From positions 32,001 to 96,000 of the IMG/VR virus record IMGVR_UViG_3300037419_001822: 64,000 bases of DNA; one strand, 5' to 3'. The position numbers and the translations under genes are program-made. This DNA comes from a virus. The notes below the pieces were generated by a model. That model was not told the DNA's origin. It worked only from the letters and a program-made list of their open reading frames with translations, and did not search any database. Below, piece after piece: positions 19,337-30,119 of this stretch (position 1 is its first letter; the number at the start of each line of letters is the position of its first letter).

Positions 19337-22300
19337 TGCCCATCGAGTGTCAGCCGCTGGTCACCGAGAGCGGCACCGTCGTCGGCCACATCCAGGTCGC
19401 CGACCAGGTCTACCGCCGGTTCCTCGGCGACTGCGAGATGTGCGACTGCCGCCGCCGCATGGTGCGCCGCTTCGACGGCATCCACTACGGCTACACCGAG
19501 CGCTGCACCGCCTGCGGCTCCTGCTACCAGGACGGCTGGCGCCTGCACCTCTACCCGGACGACCTGGCCATCGCCCGGAAGTGGTGGAACGAGGCCATCC
19601 CCGCCCGGGACTTCGACCGGCGCGTCCGCGACATCGAGCGCCGATGGGTCGAGGCCTGGGCCGAGGACGACGGGGAGGCTGACGAGTGATCCACCTGCTG
19701 CGGCTGGTCGACGCGGTGTGGCACCACGCCCACCTCGACCTTCTCCTCGGGCTCTGCGACCGGCTGGCCCTGTGGGTGCACATCCACGTCTGCACCCCGG
19801 TCGCCAACTGGGAGATCGGCGAATGAGCCCCCGCCCCGGCCCCGCCTTCTCCAACGGCACCGAGTTCGACATCTGGTCGGCCACGTGGTGCGACACCTGC
19901 CTGGCCGACCGGCCGTTCCGCAACGGCATCTCCGAGTGGGGCTGCCGCCTGATCGAGGTCGCCACCTTCGAGGGGATCCCCGACGAGTGGCTCGACACCG
20001 GCCACCCCGGTGACTACCGCTGCACCGCCTACAAGCCGCTCGGCTGGCGCAAGCCCGCCCCGGAACCCAGGCCCGAGCCGATCCCCGAGGGCCAGCTCCC
20101 CCTGTTCGGAGAGGACACATGACGATCCCCGCGAAGATCCCCGACTGCACCACCCTGTACTGCCCGCGCCCCGGCACGGTGCCCGGCATCTTCCGCATGG
20201 AGATCGAGCGCGACGGCGAGATCCGCGACCACCACGTCACCTACTGCCGGGAGTGCGCCCGCTCCATGCACGCCGACGGGCTGTTCTTCCCCGACAACGA
20301 GGACGACATCGCCGACACCCCGGAGCTGTCCGAGGAGGAGCTGGCGATCGTGGAGCGGTTCGAGACCGCCCCGCCGGTGTGCCTGTCCTGCGACGAGGCC
20401 GAGGACACGATCGCCCGGGTGCTCGCCCTGGCCGACTCCCTGGAGGAGCCGGTGTTTCGCGCGGCGGTCTACCGGGGCGAGCGCGACCAGGGCCGCCAGG
20501 AGGGCGAGGACGCCGAGCGCCTGCGCATCGCCATCCGGCTCCGCAAAGCCGTCAAGGGGGCGGCGTGACCGCGCAGCACAGGCTCGACCTGGCCGAGCCC
20601 GGCACCTTCTCCGGGGCCCGCGTCGTCTGCCTCGGCGACGCCGACGACATCTGCCAGCAGTGGTGCGCAGAGGGCTGCGAGGAGGAGTGCTTCGAGGACG
20701 TCGTCTCGCCGCCCGATCCGGGGCTGATCGCGATGGCCCCGATCGCCGGGCACCGCTGGGGACCGTACGACGGCGGCTGCCGGGTTGCTGACTGGATCAA
20801 CAACTGCGGCGTCGAGGACACCTACGCCGACGACATGGACCCGGTCCTGTTCGCCTGGGACGACGACGGGGAGACCCAGCCCAACATCCGGGGCGGGCTC
20901 ATCGAGGAGGAGTGGACCGGCGACGACTACATCTGGTCCTACGCCGAGCCCCACCCGGACACGGCCGAGGTGGCCGCGTGATCGGGCCCGAGGTGCAGGA
21001 GGTCGTGGACTTCCTGCACGACCGCATCGCCGAGGACCAGGAAGCCGCCCGCGCCCTGGCCGCCCGCAACGGCATGCACGGCTACTCGTCACCGGCCTGC
21101 GAGATCAAGCGCCGCATGATCGCCGACGTGCTGGCCCTGCCCCGCCCCGAGACCGAGGAGTGGGTGCTGCACATGCTCGCCAACGATTACAGAGGCCATC
21201 CCGGATGGCGGACCGAGTGGAACGGATGGCTTCGATGACCCACGACCCCTGCTGCAGCTCCCACGGCATCGTCATGGACTGCGCCCGCTACCGGCGCACC
21301 CACTTCGTGGAGGTCCGGCCGTGCTGCACGGACGACACGCACACCACCTCCTACGCCGCCGAGATCGCCGACGCCGACTACGCGCTGCGCCAGACGGCCG
21401 CCTCCTACGGGATCGACCCGGACGTCGCCGTCCAGCGCGCCCAGACCATCGCCCGCGAGACCGTCCTCGGGCCGCTCATGGCCATGGACCGGGTCCGCTG
21501 GCAGATGTCGGAGGAGTGGCTCCGCCGTGGCTGACTACACGTACAGCGTCAAGCACATTGAGGTGCACCGCTGGTCGCTGCCCACCCCCGCCAACGGGGT
21601 CGAGCTGAACAAGGCTGTCACCGCCGCCGCCACCGAGTTCCGCACCCAGCACGGCCGGGGGATCTCGTACGACGACGACCTGCAGATCGACGTCGAGGAC
21701 GACGCCGTCATCGTCTGGTTCTCGTTGAAGGGGGACGGGGAGTGATCCACGCCTACGGCACCTACCGGTCCTTCCAGCGCAAGTCGGTCTCCGGCGAGAC
21801 CCGGCACGCCCTGGACGACATCGCCCACCTGTGCGGGGCGCTGGACGCGCTGTGCGGCACCGGCGTCGCCGTCCGCATCGGCGAGTGGGATCCGGACGAG
21901 CCCCAGAACTGCTCGAAGTGCACCCGGATGCTGGCCCGGGAGGTGGCCGCGTGACCACCGACGCGGAGCGGCTGGCGGCGGAGCAGAAGGTGATCTCTCG
22001 GATGCTCTACTCGATCGGAGCTGACCGGCCGGACACCTACGCCGAAGCCCTCCTGCCGGTGGTCGACGCCATCGCCGAGGGGCGCACACGGGCCGCTTTG
22101 CACAGCTTCTCGGTCGCCCAGGACGCAGCTTTCGCGGCCGAGTGGACCCTCGACCGGCTCCGCGCGCTGGTGCGGGAACACCCCGCCTCGGAGGTGCCCG
22201 TCATCGAGCTGGCCGAGCTGGCCCGCATCCTCGGCATGGAACCGCCGTCATGAGGAAGCCGCCCCGCAGCGCCGGGCACACCCTCGTGTACGCCGGGACC

Positions 22301-22755
22301 ACCCCGGCCAGGTTCGACCCCGACGGGCAGCCCACGACCGGCCGGGGGAGTGGCCGGTGCTCATGCGGCGCGTCCTCCCCGCCCGACCTGGCCGTGTTCT
22401 CCATCTTCCAGTGGCACCGCGACCACCGGCTCGACGTGCTGGCAGGAGACGCCTGATGGGCATGGCGTACCCCCAACCCGGGCCCGGCACCGCCCTGGGG
22501 CAGTGGGCAACGTTCTCCCGTCGCCCCCCGCCCCGGGTGGTCAAGATGCCCGCCAAGGCCCGCGTCTACTACGTCGAGCCCGAGGAGGCCTGGGATCTGG
22601 AGGTCTGGCACTGGTGCGTCCGGCACCACGAGGACGTCGCCGGGTCCGGCCGCAACGCCGTCGTCACCCGCTGGGGGCGCTGCACCCGCTGGGTCGACGC
22701 CCTGGCCGCCGGTCTGGCCGCCCTGGCCAACGAAGCCCGAGAGGAGGCCGCGTGA
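19336..22755 (+). CDS. Run of 12 small coupled hypothetical ORFs, many Cys/His-rich (starts 19336, 19686, 19823, 20119, 20565, 20978, 21235, 21527, 21742, 21951, 22250, 22456); 20978-21238 is a short DUF6221-like copy
   Basis: Contiguous overlapping GC3-rich ORFs with RBSs. Confidence 0.6.
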
Positions 22756-23219
22756 CCCAGGTCGTGCTCACGCCCAGCGAGCTGCACATCGCCGCCCACG
22801 TCGGCGTCCTCCGGCAGATCGCCTCCCTCCGCGACCGCCGACGCGACCGGCACGGCTACAACGGCGACGGCTGGTCCGAGCACATCCAGGGCGCGGCGGG
22901 GGAGCAGGCCGTCGCCAAGGCCCTCGGCGTGTTCTGGGACGGCTCCGTGGACACGTTCCGCACCGTCGCCGACGTCGCCGGGGTCGAGGTCCGCACCCGC
23001 TCCCGGCACGACTACGAGCTGCTGCACCGCCCCGACGACGACCCCACCAAGGCCTACGTCCTCGTCACCGGCCGGGCTCCCTACCTGTGGGTGCGGGGCT
23101 GGATGCGGGGCGAGAACTGCCGCCGCGACGAGTGGTGGGCCGAGCACGGCGGCCGACCGGGCGCGTGGTTCGTGCCCACCGACGAGCTGCACCCGATCGC
23201 AGAACTGGAGGACCGATGA
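22752..23219 (+). CDS. Putative PD-(D/E)xK-like nuclease
   Basis: GAAGEQAVAK...DVAGVEVRT...YVLV...GWM pattern. Confidence 0.55.
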   Translation: MTQVVLTPSELHIAAHVGVLRQIASLRDRRRDRHGYNGDGWSEHIQGAAGEQAVAKALGVFWDGSVDTFRTVADVAGVEVRTRSRHDYELLHRPDDDPTKAYVLVTGRAPYLWVRGWMRGENCRRDEWWAEHGGRPGAWFVPTDELHPIAELEDR

Positions 23220-23455
23220 GCGACTCCCTAGACGACCTGTTCACCCCCGAGGAGCGGGCCGAGATCGAGGCGTGGGACGCCGACGCCTACATCATCTCGA
23301 TCGAGGTGCCCACGTCGAAGATCACCGACGAGCAGCTCGATGACCTGTTCGACCAGATCACCGACGTCGTCCGCAACTGGGAGGCACAGATCGAGCCCCG
23401 CGACTGGGACTCGTTCGTCTACGGCGACGGCCCCGCCCACCGGAGGGCACCATGA
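23216..23455 (+). CDS. Acidic hypothetical protein
   Basis: GGAGG RBS; strongly Asp/Glu-rich. Confidence 0.65.
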   Translation: MSDSLDDLFTPEERAEIEAWDADAYIISIEVPTSKITDEQLDDLFDQITDVVRNWEAQIEPRDWDSFVYGDGPAHRRAP

Positions 23456-23892
23456 GCACCAGCTTACGGATCTTGATCACCGGGTCAAGGGACTGGAACG
23501 ACCGGCGGCTGATCCGCAACGTCCTCGACTCGATCGGCTACCGCTACGGGTTCGACGGCCTGGTCATCGTCCACGGCGCCTGCCCGACCGGCGCCGACGC
23601 GCTCGCCGACGAGTGGGCAGGCGACAACGCCGACCTCGGGGTCACCGTCGACCGGCACCCGGCCCAGTGGCAGCAGCACGGCAAGAAGGCCGGGCCGCTG
23701 CGCAACGCCGAGATGGTCGCCCTCGGCGCTGACGTGTGCCTGGCGTTCCTCAACCCGTGCACCAAGCACCCCGGGCAGCCCCTGCACGGCTCCCACGGCA
23801 CCGACGGCTGCCTGCGGCTCGCCCGAGACGCCGGGATCCCCGTGCGCCGGTTCGGGGTCACCTGGGAGCCGGTCGGGGAGCGGGCGTCGTGA
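23452..23892 (+). CDS. SLOG-superfamily (DUF2493/YspA-like) protein
   Basis: ILITGSRDW, VHGACPTGAD, AGPLRNAEM, SHGT. Confidence 0.88.
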   Translation: MSTSLRILITGSRDWNDRRLIRNVLDSIGYRYGFDGLVIVHGACPTGADALADEWAGDNADLGVTVDRHPAQWQQHGKKAGPLRNAEMVALGADVCLAFLNPCTKHPGQPLHGSHGTDGCLRLARDAGIPVRRFGVTWEPVGERAS

Positions 23893-24083
23893 GGGTCTGG
23901 ATCGTCTTCGGGGCGGTCGACTGGGGGGTCGAGAACGTCGTCGGCGTCTTCTCGACCGAGGAGAAGGCCAACGAGGTCTACGAGCGGCTCGACGCGACTC
24001 TCACGGAGTACCAGCGGGGGCGGCCGGAGTACGGCTTCGACGTTAGGTCGTACGAGCTGGACGTCGAGGAGGACGGCTGGTGA
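23889..24083 (+). CDS. Small hypothetical protein
   Basis: VVGVFSTEEKA motif common in phage small proteins. Confidence 0.6.
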   Translation: MRVWIVFGAVDWGVENVVGVFSTEEKANEVYERLDATLTEYQRGRPEYGFDVRSYELDVEEDGW

Positions 24084-24237
24084 GAACCGTCAGCATGGAG
24101 GTGTAGACAGCGGCGTAGTCTGTCTCACGAATCTTTAGACGGCCGGGGGGCGGTGTGCCGCCGCCCTGGTCCCGGCCTGGCCCGAGAGAGGGGCTTGTAT
24201 CCATGGTGCCATACGCGACTGCCCGCAGGCGGTCGTC

Positions 24238-24459
24238 ATGACCTTCCCGCACGACTCCGGCATCCCCGGCCTGGAGTGCATCGGCTGCGACACCCGGCTC
24301 AACAGCGCGATCGACGCTGCGGCCGGATTCGGCCTGGCGTGGAACCGCTTCGCCGCAAGCCTGCGCGCCGCCCGCAAGCACGGCTTCTCGATCGAGACGC
24401 TCGCCGAGGAGACCGGCTGGGACGAGCCCCTGATCCGCATCCTCGCCGGGGAGGCGTGA
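24238..24459 (+). CDS. Small HTH-like protein
   Basis: ARKHGFSIETLAEETGW; coupled to replication gene. Confidence 0.55.
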   Translation: MTFPHDSGIPGLECIGCDTRLNSAIDAAAGFGLAWNRFAASLRAARKHGFSIETLAEETGWDEPLIRILAGEA

Positions 24460-25358
24460 TGGCCCGCCAGACCCCCGGCAACTACGTGCCGCTGGACGTC
24501 AACTACGCCCGAGACGTCGCGATCCGGAAGGCCGGACCGAACGCCGAGCTGCTCTACATCCGCTCGCTCGCCTACGCAAAAGGTTCCAGAACTGGCGGTT
24601 TCGTATCTGATTACGACCTCGACGTGGTTGGAATCGGACTCCGTGGAATCAAGTTGAGTGCGAAACGACTCGTGGAAGTCGGCCTCTGGGAGCGCGTCGA
24701 GGACGGCTGGATGATCCGCTCGTGGGAGCGGTGGAACGCCAGCGAGAAGATCGTTTCCGCAGGTGGGAAGCTCGGTAACCACAAGAGGTGGCACGCCGAC
24801 CGGGGCCAGTTCGACCCCGAGTGTGAGCACTGCGCGGAACACCCCCCGATCGCACCCCGATCGCACCCCGATTCGCCCCCGACATCGCCCCCCGAATCGC
24901 AAGGGAAGGGAAGGGAAGTAAAGACCCCCCCGTGCCCCCCCAACGACACCTCCGCTCACCCGCAGACCGTGGTCGACCCCTCCTCGGCACAGGCCGTGGT
25001 CTCGGACTGGATCGACACCCTCAAGCGCCGCCCGCCCGGCTCGGTGATCGGCCAGGTCGCCAAGATCGTCAAGACCCTCCTCGGTGAGGGCTTCTCGCCC
25101 ACCGAGATCGGCCAGGCCCTCGCCGTCATGAGCACCAAGGGACTCAACCCGTCGACCCTGCCAGCCCTGGTCAACGAGGTCGTCAACAAGTCCAACGTCC
25201 GCGCGATTCGCTCCGGCGTGGCCACCTCGGCCGACGGCAGCCGGGTCAAGTGGGTCAAGCCGACCGAGAAGAGCCGCTGGCGCGAGGCCTACTCCGACGA
25301 GGTCTGCGTCGGCATGTACAAGATCAAGTACATGAACGCCGGTGAGCAACCGGCATGA
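24459..25358 (+). CDS. Phage replication initiator protein
   Basis: LLYIRSLAY...LVEVGLWERVEDGWMIRSW...GKLGNHKRWH; internal iterons; followed by helicase. Confidence 0.8.
   Translation: MARQTPGNYVPLDVNYARDVAIRKAGPNAELLYIRSLAYAKGSRTGGFVSDYDLDVVGIGLRGIKLSAKRLVEVGLWERVEDGWMIRSWERWNASEKIVSAGGKLGNHKRWHADRGQFDPECEHCAEHPPIAPRSHPDSPPTSPPESQGKGREVKTPPCPPNDTSAHPQTVVDPSSAQAVVSDWIDTLKRRPPGSVIGQVAKIVKTLLGEGFSPTEIGQALAVMSTKGLNPSTLPALVNEVVNKSNVRAIRSGVATSADGSRVKWVKPTEKSRWREAYSDEVCVGMYKIKYMNAGEQPA
24844..24924 (+). repeat. Probable replication origin iterons: five CCCCGA(N0-2)TCGC units followed by an AAGGG purine tract
   Basis: Repeats seen directly inside the initiator gene, as in lambda O. Confidence 0.65.
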
Positions 25359-26605
25359 GCGTCGACTGGACCGAGATCCGCAACGTCGCCGCCGAGCGGC
25401 AGGTGCTCGGCTCGCTGATGGCCCAGCCAGCCCTCGCCGAGAAGGTCTTCACCATCGTCACCCCCGACGAGTTCGGGGTGGCCGCGCACGCCCAGATCGC
25501 CCTGCTGCTACACCGCATGCACCTGGCCGGGGAGTCGCTGAACGCGACCAACGTGATGACCACCGCGCGCAACGAGGGCATCCTCGGCAAGATCGGCGGC
25601 GGGCCCTACCTGTTCGAGCTGATCCAGCAGGTCGAGGTCGCCATGACCGCGCCCAAGCTGGCCGAGGAGATCCACCGCTGCGCCACCCGGCGGGCCATGT
25701 GCGAGCTGGCCACCCGCCTGGAGCAGCGCGCGGCCAACCCCGAGGCCGAGCCGATCGCCATCCTCAGCGAGACCCGGGCAGCCCTCGCCGACCTGCACGA
25801 AGCCGAGCTGACCACCAGCACGGTCGAGGTCGCCAGCCTCACCGACTTCCTCAGCCAGCAGGACGACGAGGTCGACTGGGTCATCCCCGACCTGCTGGCC
25901 CGCGAGGACCGGTTCATCCTGACCGGCGTCGAGGGTGCCGGGAAGATGATGATGCTGCGGCAGATCGCCATCTGCGCCGCCGCCGGGATCCACCCGTTCA
26001 CCCACCAGCGCATGCCCCGGCAGACGGTGCTGCTGGTCGACCTGGAGAACCCGGCGGCCGAGATGCGCCGCACCATGCGCAAGATGGTGACCTCCGCGCA
26101 GTCCGAGTCCCGGCTGGTCGACGTCACCGAGCGGGTGTTCGTGGAGCGGCGGCCCGAGGGCATCAACCTGGCCGACCCGGGCAACATCGCCTGGCTGATG
26201 AAGCGGATCACCGTCACCCGGCCGGACATCCTGATCATCGGCCCGCTGTACAAGGCGATGAACGACAACCCGAACGACGAGCAGGTCGCCCGCGCCGTGT
26301 CCGTCGCCCTCGACCTGGTCCGCACCCAGGGCAACTGTGCGCTGATGATCGAGGCCCACTCCGGGCACAGCAACGGCGTCAACGAGCGGCCCATCCGGCC
26401 CATCGGGTCGTCGCTGTGGCTGCGCTGGCCCGAGTTCGGCTACGGGCTGCGCTACGCCAAGACCGAGGACGCCGAGGAGCGGCGGCGCATGGAGCTGCTC
26501 ACCTGGCGCGGCTCCCGGGGTGAACGCGAATGGCCCAAGCACCTGATCATGGATCCGCGCTACGCGTTCCAGGAGGCCGTCGAGGGCGACCAGGAAGTCG
26601 CCTGA
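25355..26605 (+). CDS. Replicative helicase (DnaB-like N-terminus plus RecA/AAA_25 ATPase)
   Basis: AERQVLGSLM N-domain; GVEGAGKM Walker A; DLEN; GSSLW. Confidence 0.88.
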   Translation: MSVDWTEIRNVAAERQVLGSLMAQPALAEKVFTIVTPDEFGVAAHAQIALLLHRMHLAGESLNATNVMTTARNEGILGKIGGGPYLFELIQQVEVAMTAPKLAEEIHRCATRRAMCELATRLEQRAANPEAEPIAILSETRAALADLHEAELTTSTVEVASLTDFLSQQDDEVDWVIPDLLAREDRFILTGVEGAGKMMMLRQIAICAAAGIHPFTHQRMPRQTVLLVDLENPAAEMRRTMRKMVTSAQSESRLVDVTERVFVERRPEGINLADPGNIAWLMKRITVTRPDILIIGPLYKAMNDNPNDEQVARAVSVALDLVRTQGNCALMIEAHSGHSNGVNERPIRPIGSSLWLRWPEFGYGLRYAKTEDAEERRRMELLTWRGSRGEREWPKHLIMDPRYAFQEAVEGDQEVA

Positions 26606-26610
26606 CCCCC

Positions 26611-26651
26611 TGGACATTCGCAGGGCGCGGGTGTCTAATGGCTCAAGACAC
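26611..26651 (+). promoter_or_regulatory. Putative promoter overlapped by palindromic operator GTGTCT-N9-AGACAC
   Basis: TGGACA-N17-TCTAAT; palindrome 26631-26651. Confidence 0.5.
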
Positions 26652-26687
26652 GCGGTGAACCACAACTCATCATTCGGGGAGTCCCGC

Positions 26688-28499
26688 ATGCTCACGCACC
26701 CCCTGACCGGCGAAACGGTCGAGCTGTTCGACCCGGACCTGCACACCGACGCGTGCTGGAAGGCCGTGCGCTGCGGCCGGTGCGGACGCGAGTACGTGTG
26801 CGCCCCCTGGGACGACTTCATGACCCCCGCCGCTGAGCTGCAGTGGCAGGGCGACGGCGTCTGCGAACCCTGCCTGCTCCGCCTGGCCCGCGACATGAAC
26901 CTGGTGAAGTGATGACCACCGCCGAATCGTTCGACCCCGGCCGCCGCGAGGAGCCCGCCTACCTGCGGGTCGTGCAGGACGGCGAACGCGCCCCCGCCAT
27001 CGACATCGACGCCGACGGTCGCGCGTCGTTCGCCCGCGTCCTGCCCGACGCCCGGGGCTACGACGAGCTGCCCGCCAACGACTACCCGATCGAGCTGACC
27101 CACGCCGACCTGTGGGCGCGCATCGCCCGGCTCGAAGAGGACCGCGAGACCCTGGCGGGCCGCTGCGACGAACTCGGCGACCGGGTCGAACGGCTCGAAG
27201 AGGTCGCGCTGCGGATGCGCCGGATCCTCGCCCCCGCCGAGTACGACCGCGACAACTGGCACCTGCGGGCCGTCGTCGCCCAACTCCGCGACCTGCTGCG
27301 GTGAGACGCGTGTTCTTCGAGATCGACGGGCAGCCCGTGCCCGGCTGGATGATCTGGGCGTTCCTGCACCTGCCGACCTGGATGTTCCGGCCGATGTGGC
27401 ACCTCGTCGGCGTCGCCGAGTACGTCACCGGCCAGAACGACGCGGAGGACCCCGATGTCCGGGCGGCATGAGGACATGGCCCGGCTGGTCTGGGACGCGG
27501 CCTACCCGCACATCCCGTGGAACTCCCGGCACCGGGGCTGGACGATGGCCGACGTCCACTCCGCCGCCGCCACTGTGCTGCACATCCTCGACCGAGGCGA
27601 CGGCAAGATCGACCGGCTGGAGCTGATCCTGCAGGACGTGCTGTACCGGGCCGGGGTGAACAACCCGCTGTCCGGTGCCGCCCGGCTCGTGGACGGCCCG
27701 CTGCGGGACCGGGTCGCATGAGCCGCCACCTGCCCACCGACCCCGAGGTGCTCATCCTCGCCGGGCTGGCCGTCCTCTGGCTGGCTACTGCCGTTCTGGC
27801 GTGGCTGTCGATCCGCAAGCTGCGCCGGGAACTGGCCGTCGTCGCCGCCAAGGCCGCCGGATCCGTGGACGACCTCGGCGACGTGTTCGAGCACATCGAC
27901 AGCCTCGGCGGGATGCTGCAGGCCCACGACGACGCCCTGTACCGGCAGAAGCCCATCACCGCGCCCGTGCCGGTCACCGTCGCCGCCACCAACCCCGGCC
28001 TCGACTGGATCGACCAGGCCACCACCGGCGAGCAGCCCGCCCTCGGGCCGCAGACCAACCTCATCCCCCGGGCCACGCCGCCCGCGCCCAAGACCGAGCT
28101 GATCCCCCTCGCCGCTCCCGACCCGAAGCCCACGACCGGCCCCATCGACGCCTACGCCCTCATCGCCCGTCTCCGGGCCGAGCAGAAGCAGCGCGAGGAG
28201 AGCAAGTGATCGACACCGGCCGCGTCTGCGCCCTGTGCGGGGAGCCGCCCGGCCACCTGTACGGCACCTTCTTCGGGGCCAGCGTCGGCAACCTAGACCT
28301 GCACCACGACTGGGATCGGATCACCGTCGGCGAGCGCGACAACGGCACCCCGATCAAGGTCACCTGCTACGAGGCTTTCACCACCTACGGGGTGCGCCGG
28401 TCGATCACGATCAAACTCGACCCCGAGGACGTGCCCGGCGTCGCCAACCTGCTGCGCTCCCTGCGCGACGACGCCGACGAGCTGGACTGCGGCGCATGA
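26688..28499 (+). CDS. Six coupled hypothetical ORFs (26688-26912, 26912-27304, 27301-27471, 27455-27721, 27718-28209 TM protein, 28206-28499)
   Basis: Overlapping GC3-rich ORFs. Confidence 0.6.
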
Positions 28500-29386
28500 G
28501 CTTCGGCGACAACCACGAGCCCGAGGTCACCGAACCCTGCGCCCTGATCAAGCACTACCACCCGGCCACCGACGGGCGCGGCAAGCCCACCGGCCACCGG
28601 CTGTGCGCCCGCCACCTCAAGCAGATCCACACCGACCTGCGCACCATCCAGAACGAGGCCCGCAACCTCGACCCCCGCCCGTCCATGGCGCTCAACCTCG
28701 ACGGACGGGGCGGCGGCAAGTCCACCCCGGCCTTTCAGCAGACCCCCGCCCGGCTCGACCCGATCGTGCTGCGCGACCACCGCACCGGCCAGGGCTGGTC
28801 CGAGGACCCCGACGACGTCCTCGCCGCCGGGAACACCACCTCCGTCGTCGCCAAGCTCAACCACTACGCCAACCTGGTGCGCGCCGGGCGCGACATCGAG
28901 ATCCCGCTCGTCTGGGTGGTCGACCTCATCCCCGGCCGCCCCGCACCCGACTTCCTGATCTGCCCCACCCCGTGCACCCACAAGCAGTGCCGGGCCTACG
29001 CCTGGTGGCGCTCGGCCCCCGTGCCGCCCGACATCGCCGGGGAAGCGCAGCTCCTCGCCCGGCACGCCGAGTGGATCGCCACCCGGGACTGGGTCGCCGA
29101 CTTCCACCACGACGTCCGCGCCCTGCGCGCCCAGCTCCAGCAGGCCAACGGCACCAGCCAGCCCAAGCCCATCCCCGGCAAGTGCCCGCACCAGCCCAGC
29201 CCCGGCCAGGAGTGCGGCGGCCCGCTGTGGCCCGCCAAGCCCAAGCACACCTCCGGCGAGGACGTGTGGACCGGGGCCGCGCCGTCGGCGATCCGCTGTG
29301 GCGCCTGCGAGACCCGCTGGGACGGCCCCGGGGCCATCGCCCGGCTCGCCCTCATCCTCGAAGCGCAACGAAAGGCCAGGTCATGA
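28496..29386 (+). CDS. Zn-ribbon protein, possible late-gene activator
   Basis: LCARH N-terminus; GKCP...CGGPL...CGACETRW C-terminal Zn ribbon; function is inference. Confidence 0.65.
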   Translation: MSFGDNHEPEVTEPCALIKHYHPATDGRGKPTGHRLCARHLKQIHTDLRTIQNEARNLDPRPSMALNLDGRGGGKSTPAFQQTPARLDPIVLRDHRTGQGWSEDPDDVLAAGNTTSVVAKLNHYANLVRAGRDIEIPLVWVVDLIPGRPAPDFLICPTPCTHKQCRAYAWWRSAPVPPDIAGEAQLLARHAEWIATRDWVADFHHDVRALRAQLQQANGTSQPKPIPGKCPHQPSPGQECGGPLWPAKPKHTSGEDVWTGAAPSAIRCGACETRWDGPGAIARLALILEAQRKARS

Positions 29387-29601
29387 GCCTCACAGTCGCC
29401 AGCATGGGGCTGACGTCCTATCACCACCCGGAGGCCGACGACTGGGAGGTGGACGACAAGGGCTACCTGACGATCTACAAGACCGGCGAGGTCGAGGTGC
29501 CGATGGGCGGGCTCAAGGTCAAGCAGTCCACGTCCGAGCCGCTCGCCCTCTACGCGCCCGCCGCCTGGGCCTACGTCGTCGTGGAGGAGGAGGGCGAGTG
29601 A
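29383..29601 (+). CDS. Hypothetical protein
   Basis: GAAAGG RBS; coupled. Confidence 0.65.
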   Translation: MSLTVASMGLTSYHHPEADDWEVDDKGYLTIYKTGEVEVPMGGLKVKQSTSEPLALYAPAAWAYVVVEEEGE

Positions 29602-30119
29602 GACTGATCGGCCCCCCCACCGCCGCCGCCACCGACGTGCTGGCCCGGCTGTCCGACCCGTCGCTGTTCCGCGACACCCGGTTCCTCGCCGAAATGTTCT
29701 GGCCGCTGTGGAACGCCGCCGTGGACCACACCATCGACCCCGTCGGCGTGGTCGCCCAGAGCTACCACGAGACCGGCGGCGGCAGCTTCACCGGCCGGGT
29801 GCCCGCCTGGTTCCACAACACCTGCGGGCTCAAGGTCACCGACCTGCCCGCCCAGCAGGCCCTGATCGGCACCACCGACGCCGACCACCCGCTGTGCCAC
29901 TCCCAGTTCGCCACCTGGGAGGCCGGGGCCACCGCCCACGTCCAGCACCTGCGGGCCTACGCCGGATGGCCGGTCAGCGGCCGGATCCTCGACCCGCGCT
30001 ACGCCCTGGTCACCGGCAAGCAGTGCGAGACGTTCGAGCAGCTCGGCGGCAACTGGGCCCCGGCCGCCGACTACGGCACCCAGATCGTGGCCCTGGCCAA
30101 CCGTTTGAGGGGACTGTGA
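29598..30119 (+). CDS. Glucosaminidase (GH73-like) peptidoglycan hydrolase domain protein
   Basis: AQSYHETG, HNTCGLK, FATWEAG..AHVQHL, GNWA...YG; no signal peptide. Confidence 0.8.
   Translation: MRLIGPPTAAATDVLARLSDPSLFRDTRFLAEMFWPLWNAAVDHTIDPVGVVAQSYHETGGGSFTGRVPAWFHNTCGLKVTDLPAQQALIGTTDADHPLCHSQFATWEAGATAHVQHLRAYAGWPVSGRILDPRYALVTGKQCETFEQLGGNWAPAADYGTQIVALANRLRGL

Noticed and set aside
24098-24112. Host DasR (dre) operator
   Set aside because: Only the GTGTAGAC core matches; better explained by the phage GTCT/AGAC motif family
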